Shown: one piece after another, positions 11,000-23,199 of the stretch
Layout of the letters: each line of letters opens with the position of its first letter
Position numbering within the stretch: the first letter of the stretch is position 1
Origin: Chiloscyllium plagiosum
Lineage: Eukaryota
Length of the DNA stretch: 64,000 bases
Direction: 5' to 3'
Assembly (NCBI RefSeq): GCF_004010195.1
Contig: NC_057718.1
Span: 47,745,556-47,809,555 of the forward strand
Made by a program: the position numbers and the translations under genes
The notes under the pieces: model-generated
What the model was told of the DNA's origin: nothing
Seen by the model: the letters and a program-made list of their open reading frames with translations, nothing else
Database searches by the model: none

Positions 11000-12240
11000 T
11001 CCTGAAACTAACAGTCCAATTATGTTAGTGTGCATATGGGGTAGGGGGTAAGACAAAAAAGGAGAACTAATGTCAGACACTGAGAACACAAATGTTACAT
11101 AAAGCCACGGAGAATTTGGAAAATGCAGGGGGGAGATTACAAAAGCAAAGAGAGCACATCAATTGGCAAGTAAAATAGGAAAATCCAAAGGTGTTTTATA
11201 GACACATAATGAACAATAGGAAAACTGCAAGGAGGGTAGAACTGAGAGACCAGAAAGGTAACTTGTATGCAGAAGTAGAAAATGTGGCCATAGTTTATTA
11301 CTAATACTTTATACTGCTGTAGCAAAAGAGTGTGAAAATGCAGGCATTAGGAAAGAGAAGTGTGAAATATTGCATGGGATAAATGTAGTGAAAGGGGTCA
11401 TATTAAGGTGTTTGATGGTGAAGGGGAAAATCATGAAGTGCAAGATGTCAGTGAATGCTCAAGTGGGTAAATTAACCTCAAGCTGGAGAAATGTGAGGTA
11501 TTGCTTTTGGTCAGGGCCAACAAGGCAAAGGAATATATGATTATTGGTTGGGTGTTGAGAAACTGAGAGGACCAGAAATACCTTGGAGTGCATGGTCCAT
11601 AGTCTACTGACCAATGAAGATAACTAGGTGTATAGAAATTCTTACAGAATACTTTGCAGTATTACCCAAGGCAGAGAGTAGAAGAACAGAGAAGTTAGAA
11701 GTTATGCTAGAACTGTATTAAACACTATGTAGGTCTCAGCTGGAGTACCATACAGAGGTTTCATCACTGCATTATGAGAAGGATGTGATCACACACGAAA
11801 GAGTACAGAGGATATCTTTGGGAGTGTTGATTGGAAAAGGGAATTGAAGCTATGAGGCAAGATTGGATTGGCTGTGGTTGTTTTCTTTGAAGCAGTGGGC
11901 TAAAGGGAGATTTATTTGAGTTGTATAAAATTACATGGAACCTAGATAGGGTAAATTGGTAGATCAATGACCCTTAGTAGAGGGATTGATAACTATGAGA
12001 CATGGATTAGTAGAAAGTTTAGACAAGAGTTGAGAATTTTCTTTCACATAGACGCTGCCAAAAGTCTGGAACTCACTATGTGACAGTCAGGTAAGAGGAC
12101 TTGGAAGAATATTTGAAGTGCTGTAACCTACAAATCGGGCGACCATGAAAAATGTTATTTTGCTCAATAGTTCTTTCTCAGCTGGAACATATGCTATGGT
12201 TCAAATGTCCTCCTCTTATGTTGTAAATTTCTATGATTCT
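11000..12240 (+). mobile_element. Old CR1-type LINE remnants with internal deletions
   Basis: Decayed ORF2 and 3' UTR similarity to the other CR1 copies. Confidence 0.6.
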
Positions 12241-12393
12241 ACAATTTAGTTTGCTTTAACTTGTTTCCACATATAGCCATCAGACTAGTATATCAATGAG
12301 AAGGGACCGAAAATCTGCAAGGGACCTTTGCTTTTCAGTATCAGGTTCTACTAACCTGCCTGGGAAAGATGATCAGCCAGCGGTTGTACCATA

Positions 12394-12705
12394 GGGGTAG
12401 CACAGTGGGTCAGTGGTTAGTACTGCTGCCTCACAGCACCAGAGTTCCAGGTTCGATTCCAGCCTTGGGCAACTGTCTGTGTGGAGTTTGCACATTCTCC
12501 CCATGTCTGCGTGGATTTCCTCTGGGAGCTCCGGTTTTCTCCCACAGTCCAAAGATGTGCAGGTTAGGTGAATTGGCCATGCTAAATTGCCCATAGTGTT
12601 GGGTGCATTAGTCAAGAGGGAAATGTGTCTGGGTGAGATACTCTTCAGACGGTCGGTGTGGACTTGTTGGCCCAAAGGGCCTGTTTCCACACTGTAGGGA
12701 ATCTA
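12394..12705 (+). mobile_element. HE1-like V-SINE
   Basis: A/B boxes, V-domain, and tail GGGCCTGTTTCCACACTGTAGGGAATCTA. Confidence 0.9.
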
Positions 12706-12709
12706 TCAT

Positions 12710-14305
12710 AGGTGCTATAGATATGAAGGAGATGTTGTTCTGCAGTCAGAATCTGGAGAGCCCAATCGAAGTTTAGCAAATAGGACCTCAAAAGTAGAAC
12801 TCTTCAGATTACGCCCAGTACCATGCGCCAGTGCAGAAATAGGATGATAAGACAGATGATTGCGTGACTGAAAAGAGGTGCTAGAGGAAGGACTTCAAAT
12901 CCCTGGGACACTGGGACTGGCTGTGGGGGAGATGGCACCAGAACAAGCTACAAGTTGTATTTAAACAGATTCCTTGGATGAGTATTACTGGTGCTGTTCC
13001 AAAGACTTTAAAGTAACTCTTCAAGAGTGTGGAAACTAGGAAAGAAAATTACAGAGTAAAAGCAGGGTGCACAAAATATTGGGAGAGATAGTAGCATTAG
13101 AATAGTGAATGGGGACATTGGTGGAGTGAACTGGATTGCACAGTGAATATTGGTGGAGTCAGAGTAAAGTAGAAATTAAAACATTCTAAATCATGGTTAT
13201 ACTACATGTTTGTAAATGCATTGAGTATAATAAACAAGATTGGGGAGTTATAGGTGCAGACTGCCATGTGGCAGTATGGTGTTGTGCTGATTACAGAGTT
13301 AGCTGAACAAAGGATAGGATTGGACGTTTAACATCCTTGATCACAGAATGTTTAGGAAAGGAAGAAAGGGAGGATTGATGGTATGTTGTAGCACTGAACA
13401 AAGAAAATGTCTCGGAGGTTCAGAGATAGGATCAACTTGGCTAGAACTTAGGAATATGAAGGGCATAATTGTATTTCTCCGTGTAGTTTACAGACCATCA
13501 ACTAGTAGGAACAATATAGAGATACAAATTTAAAAGGGAATTGAGAAGAAGTGCAAACGGTGTAAAATATTCACAAATTGTGTTCAGGAATATCTTCTAC
13601 AGCAGTATATGTTCAGTCCAACAAAAAATGAACACTGCTGGATGTGACTCTTTGGAATGAAGTGCACCAAGTATTTTAGGTTCAGTGAGGGAACATTTGA
13701 GGGAAAGTGATAATTGTATCATAGGTTGATTATGACAGTAGAAAAGGGTAATGGACATTTCACTGTAAGAATAATTAAATGGGGGAGAATCAACTTCAAG
13801 TGGGCAAGAACAGAGCTGAGTTGGATATACTGGAGCCAAAGCTTGTTGAAAAAATTGTAGCTTAACAAGTGGGCTATCTTCAAAGGAGAGGTGTTAAGAC
13901 AGTCAAGGTTATACTCCCTCAAAACAGAGAGAAAGGCAAATGAATCCAGAGCTCCCTGGATGAAAAAGGAGAAAGAAATTAAGTTAATGAAGAAACATTG
14001 TGCTTATGACAGGTGTCAGATAGAAAATACACTTGAGAACCAAGCTAAGTACACAATTTGAAAACACAAACTAGAGAATCAGAGAAATTATTAAAAATAA
14101 GTTTGGTAGCTGACATAAAGAAGAATCCCAAATGAAATATAAATAAATAGTGCATAAATAGTAAAAGGGTGATAAAAGGAGGTGTAGAGCCAATTAGGGA
14201 CCAAAAAGGGAAATACACATGGAGGTAGGGGTCATGTCTGTGGTGTTAAATGAATATTTTGCATCTGTATTTACTCAGGAAACAGATATTCACCAGGCCA
14301 TGATA
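12710..14305 (+). mobile_element. Old CR1-type LINE: end of ORF1 (esterase) and ORF2 endonuclease region, decayed
   Basis: STWLELRNMKG...VVYRPST is an APE-domain motif. There is similarity to the reverse complement of 56900-57900. Confidence 0.65.
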
Positions 14306-14310
14306 ACAGT

Positions 14311-15045
14311 GAACTTGGTATACTGCCCAACGTGATGGACCACAGAATCAGTGACTTCCTTTACACAACAATGGGGCTTTGAGTCATAATCACAGAGTCA
14401 TAAAGATGTACAGCACAGAAGCAGACCCTTTGGCCCAAGCTGTTCATGCTGACCAGATATCCCAACCCAATCTAGTCCCACCTGCCAGCACCCAACCCAT
14501 ATCCCTCCAAACCCTTCCTAATCAAATACCCATCCAAATGCCTTTTAAATGTTGCAATTGTACCAGCCTCCATCACTTCCTGTGGCAGCTCATTCCATAT
14601 ATGTATCAGACTCTGTGTGAAAAAGTTGCCCCTCAGGTCTCTTTTATATCTTTCCCCTCTCACCCTAAACCTATGCCCACTAGTTCAGGACACCCCCACC
14701 CCAGAGAAAAGACTTTGGGTATTTACCCTATCCATTCCCCTCATAATTTTGTAAACCTCTATAAGGTCACCCCTGAGCCTCCGACACTCCAGGGTAAACA
14801 ACCCCAGCCTGTTCAGCCTCCCTATAACTTTGACTGACAGATGTTGCATGGATCTCTAGGCAATCCCTGAAATGGACAACTGATTAAAAAGTGGAATGTC
14901 AACATCTTAAGACTGGCTTCTGTCACATATATCACATAGCTTCACCACCATCTCTGTGGGGAGACATAGTCTTCATAGATATTGGTGCTTTGACATTTCA
15001 ATGAAGCTGAGCCTCTCACGGTACACCCTTGAGGTACTCAAAAAC
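14311..15045 (-). pseudogene. PIF/Harbinger transposase N-terminal remnant, split by a CR1 insertion
   Basis: SRVYRERLSFIEMSKHQYL*RLCLPTEMVVKLCDI ... HFLISCPFQGLPRDPCNICQS | KPHCCVKEVTDSVVHHVGQYTKF resembles the HARBI1-type pattern RVYR.R.SF..MS / FF..GSFQ...GD..GISQS / CI..VT.AL....YI.F. Confidence 0.7.
14383..14827 (-). mobile_element. CR1/HER1-type LINE, 5'-truncated 3' end
   Basis: RGERYKRDLRGNFFTQ...WNELP motif. Flanked by CTTTGA at 14377-14382 and 14828-14833. Confidence 0.9.
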
Positions 15046-15688
15046 GTGCTATTCATGTGGCTTCCCCTTATCCCCCGTGCACTCGTTTCGATCTGGTTTC
15101 CTCGGGCTGCTGGATTTCCTCGGGCTGTTGCACAGCCACTCCATGTGGCCTTATCTATATCTCTGTCCCATTTTTCCCTCCACTGGAGGAGTCAAAGCAT
15201 AAGAACTTTGTCCTACCTTTAATGCCTGCTGTAGATCTCAAAGACAGATATCCATAAGCAGCATTCACTTTAGTCCGACCCTGTGCAATACGTCCAAACG
15301 TAATGTGTTGTTTCTTTAATGCACAACCTGCAAACAGCTACACAAGACAGCTGCCACTCAGATATCGCCTCTTGTGCATAAGTGAGGCACTGAACCTTTG
15401 TGGGTCCTATACACTGTTGTTACAACAGAAGATATGACATTTGGCTATTTAATGACCTCAATTACCTGGCTGACATGTCTGGCATGTGCAGTATAAAACA
15501 TGGAGAATGTAGCATGGCATTTGATGTCCAAAAACATCTCAAAATTGTTTTGGTGATGGAAACATTAGTTCCGCTATGTCTGCACGGGCTTTCTAAATGA
15601 GTAGAAAAGAATGTCAAGATACATCAAATGCAAGTCAGACTGAGAGGACAGATGATTCCTGGCAGTCAGACTGACTTTCATCAAAAGT

Positions 15689-15891
15689 AGCTGAAAATGT
15701 GTTGCTGGAAAAGCGCAGCAGGTCAGGCAGCATCCAGGGAACAGGAGAATCGACGTTTCGGGCATAAGCCCTCCTTATGCCCGAAACGTCGATTCTCCTG
15801 TTCCCTGGATGCTGCCTGACCTGCTGTGCTTTTCCAGCAACACATTTTCAGCTCTGATCTCCAGCATCTGCAGACCTCACTTTCTCCTTTA
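15689..15891. mobile_element. Palindromic Penelope-like insertion (family B) with target-site duplication
   Basis: 80-bp inverted arms at 15689-15768 and 15774-15853 (1 mismatch). Flanking repeat ATCAAAAGTAGC at 15680-15691 and 15892-15903. Confidence 0.85.
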
Positions 15892-16599
15892 ATCAAAAGT
15901 AGCCCAATTAATTGGAATGGTGAAGAGGCTGGTGCAGGATTCCCATCTACCAGTACTGTGTTTCCAAATAAGGGACCTATAATTGAGTAGGGGGCTGATG
16001 CTCAAATCCAGCCTTGCCTGTGACCCCTACAACAACCCCCCCATCCCCTGTCATGACCACAAGCATGCAATCTCTATTCTGCCCTCATTCACCTTTGGTC
16101 TGGGGTCCACTCAAAGAATGGGGAGAGGTAATGCTAAGGTCATTAACGTATATGTGGAACTGACCTGCTTTCAGAGGATAGCAATGCTGATCTTGGACCT
16201 CAAGTAGATGCAGTCCTACTGATGCCTGCAGCATGAGCCTGAGAATGCCTGGCAGTGGCTACCTTAGTACCTAAAAGGCACTTGATTCTGTCAGGCCTCC
16301 CCACATGAAACTGACTAGGGTTCCCTCCTGCTTTTCTAACCAATAGAGGAGACCCTCATTTGTCTGGACAATGTAAAGACAGTGGAGGGATTGGAATGGG
16401 TGGTGCTGGGATCATCAACGTGCATGCAGAACTGACCTGTTTTCAGATGAGGTCATCACATCAATTTTCACATCTGCACACCTATCTTCTGTCCTCTAAC
16501 TCTGGTTTACAGAATACATCCCTTTATCTTGACTCCCTATGTACAACTTTATTGGAGATTGACCATTATAAAATATTACATAGGACATTGAATAGACAT

Positions 16600-17635
16600 T
16601 TTACTATTCATGGGATGTTGCCTTTGCTTGCTGGGCCACCATTTATTGCCCATCCCTAGCTGCCCTTGAGAAGGTGGTGGTAACTGCAATCTTTTTTTGT
16701 GTCAGTAAACATGCAATGCAATTAGAGAGCACTTTCCAGGATTTTGATCCTGTGACAGTGAAGGAACAGCAATATATTTCCAAGTCAGGAGTGGCTTGTA
16801 AAGGATTTTTTAAAGTATGTGGTCCCCTTTCCTTCTATATGATAATGGTCTTGGGTTTCAAAAATACTGTCTAAGGTGCTTCGGAGAATTTCTGCAGCAC
16901 ATCTTACAACTGATACACATAGCTGCTACTGTATATTGGAGGGAATGAATGGCACCACACCCACAAACAATGCAGGGATCTGGTTTGTCTTGGACGGTGT
17001 CAAGCCTCTTAAGTGTTGTTGAAATTGGACTCATCCAGACACTTGGGAAATATTCCATCTCACTCCTGACTTGTGTGTTGTGGCTTTTATGAATCACTAG
17101 TGAAGTAACTTGCTGCAAGATTCCAAGCCCATAGCCTGTTTTGTAGACTCTAATGCTTATATGTCTAGTCTAGTTCTGTTTTTGGTCAGTGATAACCTCC
17201 AGGATGTAGATGGTGTGGCTCTCAGCAATGGTAATGCCATTGAATGTCAAAGATGAAGATTATCATTGCCTAGCATTTGTGTGGCATGCATATTACTTGC
17301 CACTTATCAGCCTATGGCTGGATACTGTTCAGGTCCTGCTGCATTTGGACATGGACTACTTCAGTATTTGTGTAGCCCCAGATGGTGAGGAACATTGTGC
17401 AATCATCCGTAAACATCCTGACTTCTGACCTTATGATGAAGGGAAGATGAACGAAACAGCTGAAGATAGAGATAGATGGGTCTAGTACACTGTCCTGAGG
17501 AACTCATGGAGAGACTTCCTGGAGATGAGATGATTGACCTCCAACAACCACAACCAGCAATGAGTTTTCACCCTGATTCCCATTGACTCTAGTTTTGCAA
17601 GGATTCCTTAATGCCACACTCAGTCAAATGCAGTT
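16600..17635 (-). mobile_element. Second LINE family (L2/CR1-group RT), decayed 3' portion
   Basis: RT motif VRMFxDDCTMF and QVRSEMEYF-type motifs. 3' tail GGGCAxCTAGGGATGGGCAATAAATG. Confidence 0.7.
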
Positions 17636-17641
17636 TTGGGT

Positions 17642-18266
17642 TGATTAGATTCCCTACAGTGTGGAAAGTTCAAGTCCACACCAACCCTCTGAAGAGCAAC
17701 CCACCCAGACCCATTCTCCTACATTTACCCCTAACTAATGCACCTAACACTACGGACAACTTAGCATGGCCAATTCACCTAACCTGCACACCTTTGGACT
17801 GTGGGAGGAAACCGAAGCATCCGGAGGGTGCTTCATCATAAGGTCAGAAGTCAGGATGTTTATGGATGATTGCACAATGTTCGTCACCATCTGGGGCTCC
17901 ACAGATACTGAAGTAGTCCATGTCCAAATGCAGCAGGACCTGAAGAGTATCCAGCCATAGGCTGACAAGTGGCAAATAATATGCATGCCACACAAACGCT
18001 AGGCAATGATAATCTTCACCTTTGACATTCAATGACATTACCCAGAGGAAACCCATGCAAACATGGGGAGAATGTGAGTGGCAAATAATATGCATGCCAC
18101 ACAAACGCTAGGCAATGATAATCTTCACCTTTGACATTCAATGACATTACCCATGCAAACATGGGGAGAATGTGCAAACTCCACACATTCTCCCCAGAGG
18201 CGGGAATTGAACCTGGGTCCCTGGCGCTGTGAGGCAGCAGTGCTAACTGCTGAGCCACCATGCCGT
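17642..18266 (-). mobile_element. HE1-like V-SINE interrupted by locally templated insertions
   Basis: SINE segments at 17642-17827, 18042-18076 and 18151-18266. Confidence 0.85.
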
Positions 18267-18499
18267 GGCTGACTGGGACATTGTCTGTAAGGTACAATTC
18301 TGTGAGTATGACAACATCATACTGCTGCTTGTTTACATTGTGAGACAGCTCTCCAAATTTCAGCAATAGCCCCAAGATCTTATGGGGAGTTTTCAGGGCC
18401 AACAGAGCTACATTTGCAATTGTCAAATATGGTTCCTAGTTTGATGCCAGGTAGTCTGTCCAGTTACATTCCTTTGAGACTTTTTAATAACTTGTTCAT

Positions 18500-18792
18500 C
18501 CATTTCAGAGGGCAGTTAAGAGTCAATCACATAGCTTTGGGTCTGGAGTCACAGGTAGGCCAGTCCAGGTAAGGACAACAGATTTTCTTACCTAAAAGAC
18601 ATTAGTAACCCAGATTGGTTTATACGACAATTAGCAAGTGCTTCATGGTCATTATTAAACTTTTATTCAGTTTTTAAAGATTTAAATTCCACAGGCTGCT
18701 CTGGTGGGATTCAAACCCAGATCACTGGAGTGTTATTTAGGTCTCCTGATTACTTGACTGGCAACAATACCGCTCTGTCAGTACTTCTTCCA
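18500..18792 (-). mobile_element. Second tRNA-derived SINE family (MetaSINE/SlmI-like core)
   Basis: B-box GGGTTTGAATCCCACC. The core resembles CTGGTTCACTAATGTCCTTTAGGGAAGGAAATCTGCC...GTGACTCCAGACCC. Family name is from memory. Confidence 0.65.
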
Positions 18793-20149
18793 AAATTCAA
18801 GACGTTTACGTTCTAAATTGACTAAATATTTACATCTGAAAGAACAGGAGTAAATAATTATTACTTTATTGAAATGCCACATCTGTGAGCAAAATTCCCA
18901 TTGGATATGTTAAAACTGTGGGTCACAATTTGTAAATTACTTAATAGTTAGTTACAAGAAGGAAGTCATTGTAATTGAGGGTAACCCAAAACAGAAGATT
19001 GCAAAAATAAATGACTGGCACTCTTGCATAAAATGGGACAAGCTCATAGCAACATCATTTTTAGTTACACTTTACCAACTGCTCCAGTTCTAATGCAAAC
19101 TACTCTAAAAAAAGTTTGTTTCATCATTATTCTTATCTATTTGTTTAAATATTGCAATTCATTACTTGCATTTGATGTATCTTTACATTCTTTTCCTTTT
19201 GTAAACGCAAATGCCACTTTACGTCAAATATACATTCAACTTATATGTAGATGTACATCGTTTCATTAGAATCTGGCTCTGTTCCTCGATTTAGGGTATT
19301 CCAGTGGGATCACTGACTTGCTGGTTCATACCAGCTTAAATTTTGACATGAAGAAAGCATGTCAACAGCTGGAAGCTAAGTAATGTGCGGGGAGAAATAT
19401 TGAAGTTAGGGAGTTAGCAGTGGGAAAAAGAAGATAATGACTTGTCAAATATCACTCATTTGTATTGTTTGTGGTCATACACTCACATCATCTCGGATGT
19501 CTCAGGTGGATTTGTTGCTACCGATCCTTCTTCCTTGTATTAATCTATTCTGTGGATACCATGTTGTGAAGAATATACACATACAACATCTTCAAGAGAA
19601 GATAGGTTCAATTTTGATGAACAGTAAATTACTTAATAGCTGGTTACATTGCATCTGAGATACATGATGGTCTCTTGGAGAGACTTGACTCAAGACCAAG
19701 TTCACTTTACTGCTACTAAGACATTCTTACATGTCATTGATAACAAAGATCAAATCAGGAGCCTAACTGATTAGCTGCTCCCAGGAATAGTGCTTTATAT
19801 TTGGTGGTTGAAGCCTGTCTCATGAAGTTAGTTAAACTTTTATACAATAACTTGTACAACAATTTGAAATGGGATTATCCCTTGATTTAGAAATATCTTA
19901 GCGTTCCACAAATTGGAAAATAACTACATAGCAGCTTTGGAATTATTGGAATTCTATTTCCTCCCCAGTAGTCAGTCAGATTGACAGGCTGACTGGTTGC
20001 TGAGCAGGAGAACTGACAGGAGGAAGCTGCTACTGGGAACAGTTGGAAATGCATCCAGGCAATCATTAGAGATCAGGAGTTGATGGAGATGCCAAAACGC
20101 AGAAATTGGGGAAAGGAAAGAAGATTAGAACTTGGGAGATTTTTTAAAA

Positions 20150-20540
20150 AATTACTCGTGGGACGTGGAAATCATTGGAGAGCAAGCATTTACTGGCTAT
20201 CCCTAGTTGCTGTTGAGAAGGTGATGATGAGCCATTTTCTTGAATTGCTGCAGTCCATGTGCTGTACGTTAACCCACAATGCCCCAGGGAGATAATTCCA
20301 GGATTTTGACCCAGCAACAGTGAAGGAATGGTGATATATTTCCAAGTCACAGTGGTGAGTGGCTTGGAGGGAACTTTGCAGGTGTGGTGTTCCCATGTAT
20401 CAGCTGACCTTGACCTTTGAGATGGATGTGGTCGTAGATTTAGGAGATGCTGTTTAAGGATCTTTGGTGAATTTCTGGAGTCTTCTTGTAGATTATACAT
20501 AGTGCTGCTACTGAGCATCGGTGGCAGATGCTTGTGGGCC
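20150..20540 (-). mobile_element. Second LINE family, 3' end
   Basis: Homologous to 16600-16950, 38250-38600 and 41590-41950. Confidence 0.7.
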
Positions 20541-20833
20541 ATCTCAGAAGGTAGTTGATAGTAACCACATTGCTATGGCTCTGGAGTCACATGTAGGACT
20601 GACTAAGTGAAGGTGGCAGATTTCCTTGACTGAAGGACACCAGTGAGCCAGATGGGTTTATACAACAATCAACAATGGTTTCATGGTCATCAATAGCTTC
20701 TTAATTTCAGATATTTTTAATTGAATTCAAATTGCTGTCTGTCATGGTGGGATTCAAACTTGGGTCCCCAGAACATTTGCTGAATTTCTGGATTAATGGT
20801 CTGACAAGAATATAACTGAGCCATCGCATCCCC
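20541..20833 (-). mobile_element. MetaSINE-like SINE
   Basis: Homologous to 18500-18792; head GGGATGCGATGGC. Confidence 0.65.
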
Positions 20834-22160
20834 TGGATTTTGGTGTTGGTGTCAAAAGAAATGAAACAACAGAAGCAAGGCAATACTGTATGATTGTACA
20901 GACAGCATTGCCAGAGCTCTTGACCATGATAATATTCACGCACCTCACTTAATCCATTTAAGCCCTCATTTAAAGGCTGATCTTATAATTGGTTTGAAAA
21001 ATGGTCCTAATTTCCACATGCACTGAAGGAAGAGAGTAACAGTCCAGTCTTATTGAATTGCACACAGTTCATTGTTTTAGATATTCTTAATAAAAATGAC
21101 ATGAATTGCTTTGTTTGGCATTAGTCTATGAAAAGTCAGCGATATAAAATGTTAACTCTGTTTCTCCTGTCAGCTGCCTGAGCTGATGAGTATTCCCAAC
21201 ATTTTCTGTTTTTATTTCAAATTTCCAGCAACTGCAGTATTTTACTTTAAATTTAAAACTAGACATTGCATATAAGTTTGTGTATAATCCAATGCATGTT
21301 AAACCTTTAAATTCTGCAGTTAACACTACATGCAGTGTTGAGATTGACATCTTTAAAATGATTGTATTTAAAATCAGATGTTATTGTATTGCAGTTTATT
21401 TTTGACGAGAAACATTTATATAAACTGGTGGGGAGCACTACTGTTCCTCCTGACTCAAAGGAAGTGCTCTAATAAGCAGTTACCTTCTGCAGCCATCTGC
21501 TCATGTCTGCATTTGGCTGCCAGGTTTCCTGAGCCCTGGAGAAACATTGCCGGCAGCTATTAAATTTACATCAGTCTACCAATGGCACTGTAGAAGCTTG
21601 ATTTAAAAACTTGATTTAGAAGCTTGATATAATGAAAGGTGCTGTATTTCCAAGATTGAATGCCAGCACAGAACATAGCATGCTACTGCAAAAATGGTAG
21701 CACATATAAAAACATTAGATTGAGGTCACATTATGTAATATGTAAATTTTTACACACCTCCTTCTTCCACACACTCTCACCAGTCATGGAGCATGGCTGG
21801 TATAAAATCAATCTCCATGGGTTTAATTAGATTTGTAAATATGTCTTTATTTTTAACATTTCTCACTCCCCAATTCTCACTCGCTTTCTCTCTCATCTCT
21901 ATCCTCTCACTCTTTACATTGTGTCAAGTAGTGACTTGATGAGTCATACAAACAGATGCCCAATGTGGAATTAGAGATGACTCAAGATAAGGAAATGAGG
22001 GATAGGACTGAAAGAAGAAATAATTAAGTCTTTCAGGTAAAATGGGTGGGGAGGCATAAACGTAGACTTTATTAAGATTTTCATGGGATTGAGCATCGTT
22101 GGCAAGGCTAGCTTTTATTTCCCATTCACAATTACCTTTGAATTGAGTGGCTTACTGGGT

Positions 22161-22480
22161 TTCTCCAGTTTCCTCATTTCCCCTCCCCCCACCTTGTCTC
22201 AGTCAAATCCCTCGAACTCAGCACCGCCTTCCTAACCTGCAATCTTCTTCCTGATCTCTCCGTCCCCACCCCACTCCGGCCTATCACCCTCACCTTGACC
22301 TCCCTCCACCTATCGCATTTCCAACGCCCCTCCCCCATGTTCCTCCTCCCTACCTTTTATCTTAGCCTGCTGGACACACTTTCCTCATTCCTGAAGAAGG
22401 GCTTATGCCCGAAACGTCGATTCTCCTGTTCCTTGGATGCTGCCTGACCTGCTGCGCTTTTCCAGCAACACATTTTCAGC
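22161..22480 (+). mobile_element. Penelope-like element 3' region (family B) with a hammerhead motif
   Basis: Pyrimidine-rich tract followed by the hammerhead motif. 22402-22480 is nearly identical to 15774-15852. Confidence 0.8.
22387..22422 (+). ncRNA. Minimal hammerhead ribozyme motif (family B)
   Basis: AUUC-CUGAAGA-A-GGGC(UUAU)GCCC-GAAA-CGUC-GAUU; predicted cleavage after GUC at 22418. Confidence 0.75.
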
Positions 22481-22602
22481 ATTTCAGAGAACAGTTAAGA
22501 ATCAACCATTTTGCCATAAGTATGGAAAGACGTACAAGCAAGGTTAGCTAGGAATGTCAGATTTCCTTCCTGCAAGGGCATCGTAGTAGACATGAGTTTT
22601 AT

Positions 22603-22832
22603 TCAAAGTTTGTGAGAAGATTTGTAGCTCGGGTGCTCATTGTTGTGGTTCTGTTCGCCGAGCTGGGAATTTGTGTTGCAGACGTTTTGCAGTGGTTTTA
22701 AACCACTATAAACGCCGGAGGAAACATCACAGAAGCACTTCACAGGAGGCTCCCAAGCACTGAGGATGTCACCTAGACAGGGGACGAAACGTCTGCAACA
22801 CAAATTCCCAGTTCGGAAAACAGAGCCACAAA
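22603..22832. mobile_element. Penelope-like insertion (family C) with inverted arm and TSD
   Basis: Arms at ~22643-22687 and ~22787-22831. ATGAGTTTTAT duplicated at 22592-22602 and 22833-22843. Confidence 0.8.
22757..22796 (+). ncRNA. Minimal hammerhead ribozyme motif (family C)
   Basis: GCA-CUGAGGA-U-GUCACCU(AGAC)AGGGGAC-GAAA-CGUC-UGC. Confidence 0.75.
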
Positions 22833-23199
22833 ATGAGTTTTATGACACTCGATGATCATTTCATGGCAACATTACTGAGACTATCTTTATAGTCCAACAG
22901 TTGATGAGATTTGGGATGGGATTCAAACTCAAGTCTTTAGTACATTAACCTCAGTCTCTTGGTCACTCATTCAATGACATTACTACAACACCATAACCTC
23001 CCCCTGCTCAGTATTCTATGAAGTGTTAGATTGCTTCCTCTGAATGGGAAAGTAACAATTACTACAGTGGGCCCATTGCTAAAAACAGTTTTGGCCACAG
23101 AATTGGTCTCTCTAACACGGTTGGCGTCAGTGTAATGGACAGTCTAATGAACTATTTATTTGTGCTGACCTCACAGATGCTTTGCCTGGCATGATGTCC

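Larger units (their letters stand above)
22068..23004 (-). mobile_element. Full-length MetaSINE-like SINE split by two Penelope-like insertions
   Basis: Colinear segments at 22068-22160 (tail), 22480-22602 (core) and 22833-23004 (head). Confidence 0.6.
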
